From a virus (lineage: Duplodnaviria > Caudoviricetes): a DNA stretch of 46,285 nucleotides. The notes beneath the pieces were generated by a model. The model did no database searches. It saw only the letters and a list, made by a program, of their open reading frames with translations, and was not told the DNA's origin. The DNA lies in the IMG/VR virus record IMGVR_UViG_3300038393_001395, positions 1 to 46,285 of that record. One strand, given 5' to 3'. Below are positions 9,480-17,243 of this stretch, piece by piece. How positions within the stretch are numbered: the first letter of the stretch is position 1; the number at the start of each line of letters is the position of its first letter. Made by a program: the position numbers and the translations under genes.

Positions 9480-10730
9480 CTATTGCTTTTGATTTCTCAA
9501 CGCGCGCAGTCGCTCCATCTGTGCGCGCTGGTATTCTTTGAAATCGACTCCGGTTCGGGCGAGCTTCGATCTGACGCTTGGTTCCTGAGCGACAGGGGAA
9601 ATCCCCGGCCCAGCGCGTCCGATCGCAGCGAATGCGGAGAAGAAGAACAGAATCGAGAGCGGGTTGCCGATGTTTAGGCCGCGGCCCTCGGCCAGATTGT
9701 AGATCAGATAGCTGAGAATGCCGATTATGGCGGCGCGGCGCGCCACCCCGGTCGTGTTCTTAGCAGCGCGAGCCGAGATCCAGAGGAACGCCGCGAACGA
9801 AGCAAGGCCAATGATTCCAGTTTCCGCGAGTATCTGTAGGACCATATTGTGTGAATAAAAGAGCTTTCCGCCGACCGATGCCATCGTGTCCATGCCTACG
9901 CCGAAGATGGGGCGCTCAAGCCAGGCGTGGAAGAAGTACGACCAAATAACTGTCCGACCGGAGCCGCCAGAGACCAGGCCGCGATAAGGGTCAGAGATGT
10001 GAAGGACTTGGTCGAGGGTCGCCCAGATCACGTCTCCGAACGCAAGTATTGCCGCAAGGCTGGTGATTGCGACTGTCACGGCAAGGAGCACGGCGGCCGC
10101 GGGGCGACGTTTGAACAGTCGTGCTAGGCCAGGGGCGAGTGCGATTAAAAGCAGAGCCGAGATCGTCAAGATCGAATTTCGGGAGGAGACCGCCAGAGCC
10201 GGAAGCAGGCAGGCGGGGTAAAGCATCACGGCTAGGCCCAGACGGCCGCTCATCACAGCCATGGCGTAAATCGCGACAGCGATCATCCCGAATAGGTTGG
10301 GGTGCATTCCGGGAAGAAGACGCCCACCGCTACTGACCGCGCCGAGAAGGTTCCATCCGTTAACTGCGCAGCCGAGAGCAAGCGCGATAACCGAGAGAAC
10401 GGCTGCGCGGCTAAGGGCAAAGCGAAGATCGGCGTCGCTTAGCGCGCGACCCGCCTGGTACGAAAAAAATCCGAACGCTCCCAGCGCGATGGGCAACAAC
10501 AGGTCGGCAAATGTGCCGCCGTTGACGAGAAGCGAGATGAGCAGCGGAACTGTGACGAGTTCGGCGGGGATGAGGCCTTTTAAGTCGAGTGATCCGCCGA
10601 TGACTGCGATGACGACGATGCTGAAGGCAACCAGCGCGAAGTAGATCTGTAGATTGGGTACGAGGTACGCGCCGCCGGCGAGCGCCGTGAACACTCCGGT
10701 CAACACCCTTGCCCGCCAACCGACCATCAC
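9480..10730 (-). CDS. O-antigen ligase / Wzy-type polysaccharide polymerase (moron)
   Basis: About 10-12 hydrophobic segments; HPN, SR, SGR..IW, P.FGVG and HN.VLQILAETGIIG motifs; antisense to late genes; visibly lower GC; GAGGGG RBS before GTG 10730. Confidence 0.85.
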   Translation of the reverse strand: MMVGWRARVLTGVFTALAGGAYLVPNLQIYFALVAFSIVVIAVIGGSLDLKGLIPAELVTVPLLISLLVNGGTFADLLLPIALGAFGFFSYQAGRALSDADLRFALSRAAVLSVIALALGCAVNGWNLLGAVSSGGRLLPGMHPNLFGMIAVAIYAMAVMSGRLGLAVMLYPACLLPALAVSSRNSILTISALLLIALAPGLARLFKRRPAAAVLLAVTVAITSLAAILAFGDVIWATLDQVLHISDPYRGLVSGGSGRTVIWSYFFHAWLERPIFGVGMDTMASVGGKLFYSHNMVLQILAETGIIGLASFAAFLWISARAAKNTTGVARRAAIIGILSYLIYNLAEGRGLNIGNPLSILFFFSAFAAIGRAGPGISPVAQEPSVRSKLARTGVDFKEYQRAQMERLRALRNQKQ

Positions 10731-10831
10731 GCCCCTCGGGCACCAGCAGTTCGGCTGAGCCATAGCACACGCGCCGAGCGCTTCCAGCCCTTCCTCGCCC
10801 CACCACCAGAACTCCCGCAAAGGACCGGCTC

Positions 10832-11176
10832 ATGCCGCCTGAACGACGAACTGTGTCGGAACTCGACGCAGAGCTAGGCCGTGTCCGAGAGTGGCAGACG
10901 GGCCATGAGCGGCAATGCGCCGAGCGCTACCAGGGTCTCCGCGACGACATGAAGGAGGTTCGCGAGACTCTGTCCCGCATGGCCGACCGGATTTTCGCGC
11001 ACCCCGTCGCGCCGTCGCCTGTGCAGCCCGAACCCAGACCTCAGACCCTCGGGGACCGGGTCAAGCTCTGGGGCGTGATCGTGGCCCTGTTCGGGGGCCT
11101 CGCCGGGGCCGTGGACGTCCTCTCCAAGATCGCGGTTGGCCTTCAGGCCCTCCTCAACCCCCCGCCTCACGCGTGA
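10832..11176 (+). CDS. Holin/antiholin-like protein (coiled coil plus C-terminal TM)
   Basis: HE..C.ERY coiled coil followed by a hydrophobic helix; first gene of the lysis cassette; RBS AAGGA. Confidence 0.55.
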   Translation: MPPERRTVSELDAELGRVREWQTGHERQCAERYQGLRDDMKEVRETLSRMADRIFAHPVAPSPVQPEPRPQTLGDRVKLWGVIVALFGGLAGAVDVLSKIAVGLQALLNPPPHA

Positions 11177-11184
11177 GGGAGCCC

Positions 11185-11475
11185 ATGAACCCGCTCAAGC
11201 TCTCCCCCCTCGTCCGCCTCGGCGCCCTGATCGGGGCCGGGGTGGTGTTCTCGGGCTTCCTCGCCTGGCTGATCTTCCTGGTTCGGTCCGGCTGGCCCGC
11301 GACCCTGGCGGACAAGCAGCTCGGCGCCCTGTCCTTCATCGCCTACGGGGTCCTGGCCCTGCTCGCCATCGTCCTCGTCGCCCTGTCCGCCGTGAGCGTG
11401 AAGGCCCAGGCCCCGGGCGGAGCCTCCCTGGAAATCGACGGCGACGGTCCGAGCAACACCGGGCAGGGGAGCTGA
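11185..11475 (+). CDS. Putative holin, 2 TM, 96 aa
   Basis: Two hydrophobic helices; GAGGGAG RBS; lies in the lysis cassette. Confidence 0.55.
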   Translation: MNPLKLSPLVRLGALIGAGVVFSGFLAWLIFLVRSGWPATLADKQLGALSFIAYGVLALLAIVLVALSAVSVKAQAPGGASLEIDGDGPSNTGQGS

Positions 11476-11479
11476 GACC

Positions 11480-12655
11480 ATGGCGAACGAAGCCGAAGAC
11501 CCTCTGCTTCAATACGCCACCGAAACCCAGGCCCGCCATTATAGGGCCTTCAAGGAGCATGGAGGGTATCGAGCCGCGGCCCGCGCGCTCGGGGTGAACT
11601 ACACCGCCGTCCGGTCCTCCATCACCCTGCTTGAGAAGAAGGCGGCCCGGAAGGGCTACGCACCGGGGCATTGGGACCAGGGCGTGCCGCCCGGCTACAT
11701 CATGGGCAAGGTGACGCGCGAGCGGATCCACGAGGACGGCACTCGGTCGTGGCAGCGCATGTCGCCCGAGACCGAGAACCTGGAGGCCATCATCGCCCGG
11801 TGCGAGGAGCGGCTGGCGGACTTCCCCCGCTTCGAAGCCGTGGCCCCGCCGGCGCCGGTCGCCGCGCCGCTGACCAACTTCCTCGGCCTGTTCGACCTGC
11901 ACATCGGTGAGAAGATCAGTTCCACGGACCCGGCCGGGTGCTGGGACGTGGCTATCGCCAAGCGCACGATCACGGCGAGCGCGAGCCACGCCATCCTGAG
12001 CGCGCCCAAGGCCAAGCGCCTGGTCCTGTGCTTCGGCGGAGACGCGGCCCACTACGACGGCCTCGAGCCGGTCACGCCCCGAAGCAAGCACGTCCTGCAC
12101 TCGGACGGGGACTTCGACGACATGGTGGACGCGGTCCTCGATGTGGCCGTGTCCGTGATCGACCAGGGCTTGAAGACCCACCAAGAGGTCTACGTCATCT
12201 GGGCCGAAGGCAACCACGATCAGGCCTCGACCGTGTGGATGCGGAAGATGCTCGCCCGGATCTACGCCGCCGAGCCCCGGCTGACCGTGGTCCAGTCCAA
12301 GGTCCCGTACTACGCGCTACGCTTCGGCAAGGTGATGCTGTGTGTCCACCACGGCCACGGCGCCAAGCTGACGGACTACGCCGGCATCTTCGCCTCGATG
12401 TTCCGCCAGATGTGGGGCGAGTCCGAGTACGCCTACGCCCACCGGGGCCACGAGCACCACATCCACGAGAAGGAGAAAGGCGGCTTGCTGGCGACCCAGC
12501 ATCCGTCCCTCGCCCCCTCCGACGACTACGCGCTCGGTAAGGGCCTCATCAGCCGCCGCGGCTGCATGATGATCACGTACCACGACGAGTACGGCGAGGT
12601 TTCCCGGAGCACGACCCGCCCCGAGATGCTGGACCCCATGCTCCGGGCCGCCTGA
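11480..12655 (+). CDS. HTH plus calcineurin-like metallophosphoesterase
   Basis: N-terminal YRAAARALGV HTH; DLH, GD, GNHD, HGH and GHEH metal motifs. Confidence 0.8.
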   Translation: MANEAEDPLLQYATETQARHYRAFKEHGGYRAAARALGVNYTAVRSSITLLEKKAARKGYAPGHWDQGVPPGYIMGKVTRERIHEDGTRSWQRMSPETENLEAIIARCEERLADFPRFEAVAPPAPVAAPLTNFLGLFDLHIGEKISSTDPAGCWDVAIAKRTITASASHAILSAPKAKRLVLCFGGDAAHYDGLEPVTPRSKHVLHSDGDFDDMVDAVLDVAVSVIDQGLKTHQEVYVIWAEGNHDQASTVWMRKMLARIYAAEPRLTVVQSKVPYYALRFGKVMLCVHHGHGAKLTDYAGIFASMFRQMWGESEYAYAHRGHEHHIHEKEKGGLLATQHPSLAPSDDYALGKGLISRRGCMMITYHDEYGEVSRSTTRPEMLDPMLRAA

Positions 12656-12765
12656 TGGGCTTCGTCGCCGGCGCCCTACTTCACCTCGCCGGAATCCTCC
12701 TCGCCGCCCTCGTCCTGATTGGAGCGGGCTATTTCGCCTTCGCCCGGTGGGTGCTGGGCCGCTGA
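12655..12765 (+). CDS. 36-aa single-TM micro-protein (MGFVAGALLHLAGILLAALVLIGAGYFAFARWVLGR)
   Basis: Read by hand; TGATG-coupled; fills the gap before the endolysin. Confidence 0.6.
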   Translation: MGFVAGALLHLAGILLAALVLIGAGYFAFARWVLGR

Positions 12766-12784
12766 ACCCCCAAGGACAATCCGA

Positions 12785-13303
12785 ATGACCGAACAGGACC
12801 GCTTCGCGCGTTGCCTGCCGCTGCTGCTTGCGCATGAGGGCGATTTCAGCGACGACCCGCACGACCCCGGCGGCGCCACGAACCTCGGCGTCACCTTCCA
12901 CACGCTCGCCGACTGGCGGGGCCGCCCCGTCACGGTGGAGGACGTGCGCGCCCTGACCGTGGAGGAGGCGGGGGCGATCTACCGGGCCCGCTACTGGAAG
13001 GCCGCCGCCTGCGACCGTTTGCCGGCGGGGGTGGACCTCATCACCTTCGACTGCGCCGTGAACCAGGGCGTGGACCGGGCCCGGCGCTTCCTGCAAGCCG
13101 CCGCCCGCGTCGTCGTGGACGGCCAGATCGGCCCCGTCACCCTCGCCGCGGTCGCCAAGGTCCCGGCCCGCGAGTTGGTGGAGCGCATCCGCGCCTTGCG
13201 CCTGGCCCACTACAAGAGCCTCCCCGGCTACCCCCGCTACGGCAAGGGGTGGAGCCGCCGCCTGGCCGAGACCGCCGACACGGCGAAGGGGTGGACGTCG
13301 TGA
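12785..13303 (+). CDS. Endolysin, glycoside hydrolase family 108 with peptidoglycan-binding domain
   Basis: HEG.F.DDP.DPGG.TN.GVT motif; VDGQIGP.TL; YGKGW..R. Confidence 0.92.
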   Translation: MTEQDRFARCLPLLLAHEGDFSDDPHDPGGATNLGVTFHTLADWRGRPVTVEDVRALTVEEAGAIYRARYWKAAACDRLPAGVDLITFDCAVNQGVDRARRFLQAAARVVVDGQIGPVTLAAVAKVPARELVERIRALRLAHYKSLPGYPRYGKGWSRRLAETADTAKGWTS

Positions 13304-13755
13304 TCTCCCCAGGATGGAAGCTCGCCGGCTACATCGCCGGGGGCGTGCTGGTCCTGATCCTCGCCCTCGCCCTGCTCCGGGGCCTCGGAGTCAAGTTCGA
13401 CCCGTTCCACCTCGGAGACCGTCAGCTCGCCTCGGCGCAACAGGCCGCCGCCACGGCCAAGGGGGAGGCCGCCGTCGCCAACGGACAGGCCGAGGCCCAG
13501 CACCAGGCCGCGACCGTCGCCGACGCGGGCGCCCGCCGCGACTCCCTCACCGTCACGATCCACACGGACAACGAACATGCGATCCAAGCCGCTCCGGGCG
13601 CTGCTGCTGGCGTCGATCCTGACCTCAACCGCGTCGGGCGTCGGGGGTTGTGCAGGTACAGGGCCTATGCCGACGACCCTGCTTGCGCTGGACTGCGCGG
13701 CCCTGATCCCGCCGAGCTACCGAAAGCCGATCGCTGGGACCCCCGCGCCGGGTGA
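13300..13755 (+). CDS. Inner-membrane spanin (Rz-like)
   Basis: N-terminal TM, Ala-rich coil, C-terminal cysteines; directly after endolysin. Confidence 0.75.
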   Translation: MISPGWKLAGYIAGGVLVLILALALLRGLGVKFDPFHLGDRQLASAQQAAATAKGEAAVANGQAEAQHQAATVADAGARRDSLTVTIHTDNEHAIQAAPGAAAGVDPDLNRVGRRGLCRYRAYADDPACAGLRGPDPAELPKADRWDPRAG

Positions 13756-13927
13756 GAACGCCACCGCCGGGGACCTCTGGTCCGCCCTGGACGACCAGAC
13801 CGCCCGGCTCGACCGGGCCAACGGAAGGACGGCGGACCTTGTCGCCATCGCTGAGGCCTGCCAAGCAGAGCAACGAAAAGCGGCCGAGGCGCTGAACCCG
13901 CCTCGGCCGTGGTGGAAAACCTGGTAA
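13577..13927 (+). CDS. Outer-membrane spanin lipoprotein (Rz1-like), overlapping
   Basis: Signal peptide with lipobox VGGC; overlaps the Rz-like gene in another frame. Confidence 0.75.
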   Translation: MRSKPLRALLLASILTSTASGVGGCAGTGPMPTTLLALDCAALIPPSYRKPIAGTPAPGENATAGDLWSALDDQTARLDRANGRTADLVAIAEACQAEQRKAAEALNPPRPWWKTW

Positions 13928-13931
13928 CACC

Positions 13932-13962
13932 CCGCCCTCGGCTTCGGCCGGGGGCGGTTTTT
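13932..13962 (+). terminator. End-of-late-operon intrinsic terminator
   Basis: CCGCCCTCGGC-TTCG-GCCGGGGGCGG followed by T5. Confidence 0.75.
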
Positions 13963-13966
13963 CACG

Positions 13967-14095
13967 TCACCGCTTCTGCTGAGCGATCATCTTCAGGCTC
14001 TGCAACTCGGTACGGATTTGCGAGAGCTGTTGGGCGATCTTCTCGAGAGCCTCGACCTTGCGACGCTCAAGATACGTTTTCGTGTCCTGATCCAT
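13967..14095 (-). CDS. 42-aa coiled-coil micro-protein (MDQDTKTYLERRKVEALEKIAQQLSQIRTELQSLKMIAQQKR)
   Basis: Read by hand; clean amphipathic ORF just downstream of the 46-aa gene. Confidence 0.55.
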   Translation of the reverse strand: MDQDTKTYLERRKVEALEKIAQQLSQIRTELQSLKMIAQQKR

Positions 14096-14103
14096 CGGTC
14101 AGG

Positions 14104-14244
14104 TCACTTCTTTCGGTTCGGAGCTTGGGTCAGGGCCGAGGCCGCCGCAGACCGTTGGGCCGGGGTCGACTTCGGATCGCTGAGCACCTTGCCCGCCGCG
14201 CTCGCGGCCTTGCTGCCCGTGGTTTCGTTACGCTTAGTGGGCAT
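14104..14244 (-). CDS. 46-aa basic micro-protein (MPTKRNETTGSKAASAAGKVL...AASALTQAPNRKK)
   Basis: AAGG RBS; the T...AAS.A.K.L...AASALTQ pattern resembles small proteins I recall from mobile elements. Confidence 0.6.
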   Translation of the reverse strand: MPTKRNETTGSKAASAAGKVLSDPKSTPAQRSAAASALTQAPNRKK

Positions 14245-14351
14245 GGCGAATAGCCTTCTGCTTGACGCCGGCCATAGGCAGCCGGCGAGAACGACGTTCG
14301 GCGATTCGTTGGCGCCGGCGGAAGGGCGAGCGTGTCGCAGCGGTGGACGAA

Positions 14352-14561
14352 TTAAGCCGTCCTGTTGATGTTCTCCTCCGTGCCCGGCCAAGCATGGACC
14401 GGAATACCCTTCAGCGGCGGAACAGGCTCCGCCCTGTACCGCGCCAGTTCGCGCTCGAGCTCGCGGATCACCCGCGCCGCGGCCTTGGCCGTCTGGTCGT
14501 ACTGCCGACGCTCCAAGAGCTCGATCAGGACCCTGTTCGGGCTCTCGCCTTGCTCGCTCAT
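14352..14561 (-). CDS. Hypothetical protein, 69 aa
   Basis: GAGGGG RBS; follows the Zn-finger gene. Confidence 0.55.
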   Translation of the reverse strand: MSEQGESPNRVLIELLERRQYDQTAKAAARVIRELERELARYRAEPVPPLKGIPVHAWPGTEENINRTA

Positions 14562-14573
14562 GCTCTGTCCCCC

Positions 14574-14849
14574 TCAGTCGTCCGTCATGTTCGTGGGCCA
14601 TGTCCCGGCTCCGGGCCGCATCGCCCAGAAGAACACGCGCTCCCCACACGTCGCGCACTTCGGCCGGCGGTTCCACAGGGAGAAGTCACGGCCCATCTTC
14701 TCCGCGATCGGACCCAGGTCCACAGCCTTGTCCCTCTCGCATCGTGAGCAATGCGCCTTGACTACGGCGCCCTCGACCATGAGCGCACCCACGGTCTCGG
14801 TCCATGTCGGCCGGATCCTCGCCCATCCTGCGCGGTGTCGTCCTCCCAT
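14574..14849 (-). CDS. Zn-ribbon protein (CxxC...CxxC), 91 aa
   Basis: CSRC and CATC; GGGGAG RBS; downstream of the LexA box. Confidence 0.7.
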   Translation of the reverse strand: MGGRHRAGWARIRPTWTETVGALMVEGAVVKAHCSRCERDKAVDLGPIAEKMGRDFSLWNRRPKCATCGERVFFWAMRPGAGTWPTNMTDD

Positions 14850-14885
14850 GCCTGACCCGCTACTCCCCTAGCGGGCGAGTGGCAA

Positions 14886-14900
14886 GAACGGATCGGGAAC
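14886..14900 (-). promoter_or_regulatory. Alphaproteobacterial LexA (SOS) box GTTC-N7-GTTC
   Basis: The + strand reads GAAC-GGATCGG-GAAC, 36 bp upstream of the ATG at 14849. Confidence 0.7.
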
Positions 14901-14911
14901 GGGGTTTCGGG

Positions 14912-14933
14912 GATGCTTCGGGACTATTCCGGG
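14912..14933 (+). repeat. attP arm-type repeat GATGCTTCGGGACTATTCCGGG
   Basis: 21/22 identical to 15142-15163; the two copies flank the core. Confidence 0.7.
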
Positions 14934-15037
14934 GAATTTCCCGAAATCATGGTCCTCGTAACGGTTTTCCGTACCATCGCTGTTCCGGCCCAGGTCGGCC
15001 GGATTGCTCGCAAACCCCTTGCCAGTAAGGCGTTTTC

Positions 15038-15086
15038 TGGCGGCCCCTAGAGGACTCGAACCTCTGACCTTCGCTTTAGGAAAGCG
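15038..15086 (-). other. attP core: 3' half of tRNA-Arg(CCT)
   Basis: Minus strand reads CGCT-TTCCTAA-AGCG (anticodon arm), AGAGG-TTCGAGT-CCTCT (T arm), acceptor strand and CCA; lies 6 bp from the integrase stop; no D arm. Confidence 0.88.
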
Positions 15087-15092
15087 CGGGCG

Positions 15093-16229
15093 CTACTTCC
15101 TACGCCGTTGTTTCGGCACGACTATTCCCGCCTCTGCCGATGATGCTTCGGGACTATACCGGGAGTTCGGGTCAAGCGCCTCGCGCAGGTCCTCGGTCAG
15201 GGCGTGGGCGTAGCGCTGGGTCGATTTCAGGTCCCGGTGACCGAGCAGCTGCTGGGTCAGCTTCAGGTTCCGGCTGTTCCGCAGGAGCGTCGTGCCGGCG
15301 TGGTGGCGGGCGCCGTGGATCACGCGGGGCAGGGTGATCCCGGCCCGCTTGGCGGCGCTTCTGAGCCGCGCCTGCAGGCCGTAGTAGCTCACCGGGACCA
15401 GCACCGGGCGGCCGTCTTCCTCGCCCTGCTCGAACCACACCGTGTCCAGACCCGCCACCCGGGCGAGCCGAGCGCGGGCGTCCAGGTCGGCGCAATGCGT
15501 GCGGGTGAGGGGCAGAAGGTGGGGCACGTCGCCCTTGCGGTCGGGGAGCGACAGGTGCGCCGTCTCGCCGTCCACCGAGTCCGGCGGGAAGAACAGTTCC
15601 CCCAGGCGCAGGCCGTAGGTGAGCAGCACGTCCAGCGCGGCGGCGGCGACCGGATCGCACTCGGCTTTCCATGCGGCCTGTTGAGCGGAGGAATAAATCC
15701 GCACTTCCGGCGCCGGCTCCTTCAGGCGGAGTTCCTTCCAGTCGATCTCGGGCAGGCCCTTGGCGCCCCAGGTCTTGCGGGCCCGGGTCAGGATGCGCCG
15801 GGCCAGGTCCACCACGTCGGCGTTCACCGTGCCGTTCTTGACCAGGTACTCCTTCGCGCCCTTCGCCTTCGACTTCCTGTAGGTCTGACCCCGCCGGGTC
15901 TGCACCGCCACGGCGATCGTGTTGGCGTCGATCTGGGCGAGGCGCGTCGCGGGGCCTATCAGCGCGACGAGGCGGTCCAGCCGGCGTTCGAGGTCCGGCG
16001 CCGTAGCGAGGTGTTGGCCCACCTCGAGCCACCAGCGACCGGCGGCCTCGTCAAAGCTCAGCTCCGAGGCCGATCCGAGACGACCCTCAGCCGCGTCCAG
16101 GCGGTACTTCCGTTCGACGGCTTCCGCGGCGCGGCGGGTTTCCTGCCCGGTCGAGCCGTGGAACCGCTGGCCCTTGAAGATGAAGTCGTACTGCCAGAAG
16201 CGACTTCTGGCCGGCTTGTAGACGGACAC
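15093..16229 (-). CDS. int: Tyrosine integrase
   Basis: YGLRLGE, HGARH, LLGH and TQRYAH catalytic motifs; arm-binding N-terminus. Confidence 0.95.
   Translation of the reverse strand: MSVYKPARSRFWQYDFIFKGQRFHGSTGQETRRAAEAVERKYRLDAAEGRLGSASELSFDEAAGRWWLEVGQHLATAPDLERRLDRLVALIGPATRLAQIDANTIAVAVQTRRGQTYRKSKAKGAKEYLVKNGTVNADVVDLARRILTRARKTWGAKGLPEIDWKELRLKEPAPEVRIYSSAQQAAWKAECDPVAAAALDVLLTYGLRLGELFFPPDSVDGETAHLSLPDRKGDVPHLLPLTRTHCADLDARARLARVAGLDTVWFEQGEEDGRPVLVPVSYYGLQARLRSAAKRAGITLPRVIHGARHHAGTTLLRNSRNLKLTQQLLGHRDLKSTQRYAHALTEDLREALDPNSRYSPEASSAEAGIVVPKQRRRK
15142..15163 (+). repeat. attP arm-type repeat, copy inside the int 3' end
   Basis: GATGCTTCGGGACTATACCGGG. Confidence 0.7.
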
Positions 16230-16474
16230 GTTGCACCCGACAGGTAAGAGCGAAGGTCGGCTTCGGTGTAGGCCCGAAGCCTCCCCTTCAAGACGTAAGG
16301 GATCAAGCCGTCCTCGCTCATCTGGGCGAGGGTCTTGACGTTCATGCCGAGCAGCTTGGCCGCCGCCTTGGCCGTGATCGTCAGGCGCTCGGCGAAGACC
16401 CTGCCCAGCAAGGAGTCAGTCGCGGTCATGGCGCGGCTCTCCGACAGCGCGGCCGCTGTGATCGCCCGGCTCAT
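16058..16474 (-). CDS. xis: Excisionase-like HTH protein (start may be 16429)
   Basis: AAAKLLGMNVKTL...G.IPY...RAYTEADL winged-helix pattern; upstream of and overlapping int. Confidence 0.75.
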   Translation of the reverse strand: MSRAITAAALSESRAMTATDSLLGRVFAERLTITAKAAAKLLGMNVKTLAQMSEDGLIPYVLKGRLRAYTEADLRSYLSGATCPSTSRPEVASGSTTSSSRASGSTARPGRKPAAPRKPSNGSTAWTRLRVVSDRPRS

Positions 16475-16695
16475 CGCTCCCCGCCCTCTTCCTCGGGCTT
16501 CGCGGGTTCGGTTCGGGCGAGCACCAACGTGACTCTGTCAACGCCGGGGGCGCACTCCGTCTTTAGGGTGAAGTCCCAACCCAGCTTTCGCGCCGTCCGA
16601 AGCATCGGAACGAGGTCGTCCATAAGGGCGTCGAGCGGCTCTTTGTGGATGTTGTCAGCGGCCACTTCGTCTCGCCCCTCAGTTCGCGGGCTCAT
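16471..16695 (-). CDS. Hypothetical protein
   Basis: Coupled on both sides within the early operon. Confidence 0.55.
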   Translation of the reverse strand: MSPRTEGRDEVAADNIHKEPLDALMDDLVPMLRTARKLGWDFTLKTECAPGVDRVTLVLARTEPAKPEEEGGER

Positions 16696-17243
16696 CGCTC
16701 CCCTCCCCTGGACGGGGGAAGGGCGAGGAGGGCGCGAAGGGTGGTCGAAGCGTTCGCGACGAACTTGAGCAGCCCCACTGTCGTGTCGACGACTTCGCCG
16801 GAGACGTTCTCACCATTCGTCAGGCGAGCGATGTGCGGGCCTTCAGCCGGTCGGAGTTGGGCGGCGACAGCATCCATCATGTCCAGCACCCTCGCCACCG
16901 CCTCTCGTTCGGGAAGGGCGGGGGGATCTTGGGTGACGAGCCGTCCCGTGCTGGGTTCGGCCTTCGTCGGCGCGGGGCCGGCGTCGCTCGGCTCTGCGGA
17001 GGGCGGCGGGTCGAGCGGTCGCCAATGCGTGGCCCTGAACCGGGAGTTCCGGCGCCACGTCAGGATTTCGTCGGTGCGGCTGGATGGATTGTGCCGCCAG
17101 CACCGCTGCACGTCCCACTCGCGGTCGATGGCGAGAAAGGCCGCATCCCTCGGAGCGGTCTCAATCGGCTGCCAGCCTTGGCACGGGACGGCTCGTGCAC
17201 CCATTTCATCCCCTTCGGTGAAGGCCGAGATTGAGAGGGTCAT
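16692..17243 (-). CDS. DUF551-like phage protein
   Basis: WQPIETAPRD...THWRPL.PPP motif. Confidence 0.7.
   Translation of the reverse strand: MTLSISAFTEGDEMGARAVPCQGWQPIETAPRDAAFLAIDREWDVQRCWRHNPSSRTDEILTWRRNSRFRATHWRPLDPPPSAEPSDAGPAPTKAEPSTGRLVTQDPPALPEREAVARVLDMMDAVAAQLRPAEGPHIARLTNGENVSGEVVDTTVGLLKFVANASTTLRALLALPPSRGGER

Noticed and set aside
15038-15086. Functional tRNA gene
   Set aside because: The 5' acceptor strand and D arm are absent (int occupies that space), so this is an att core.
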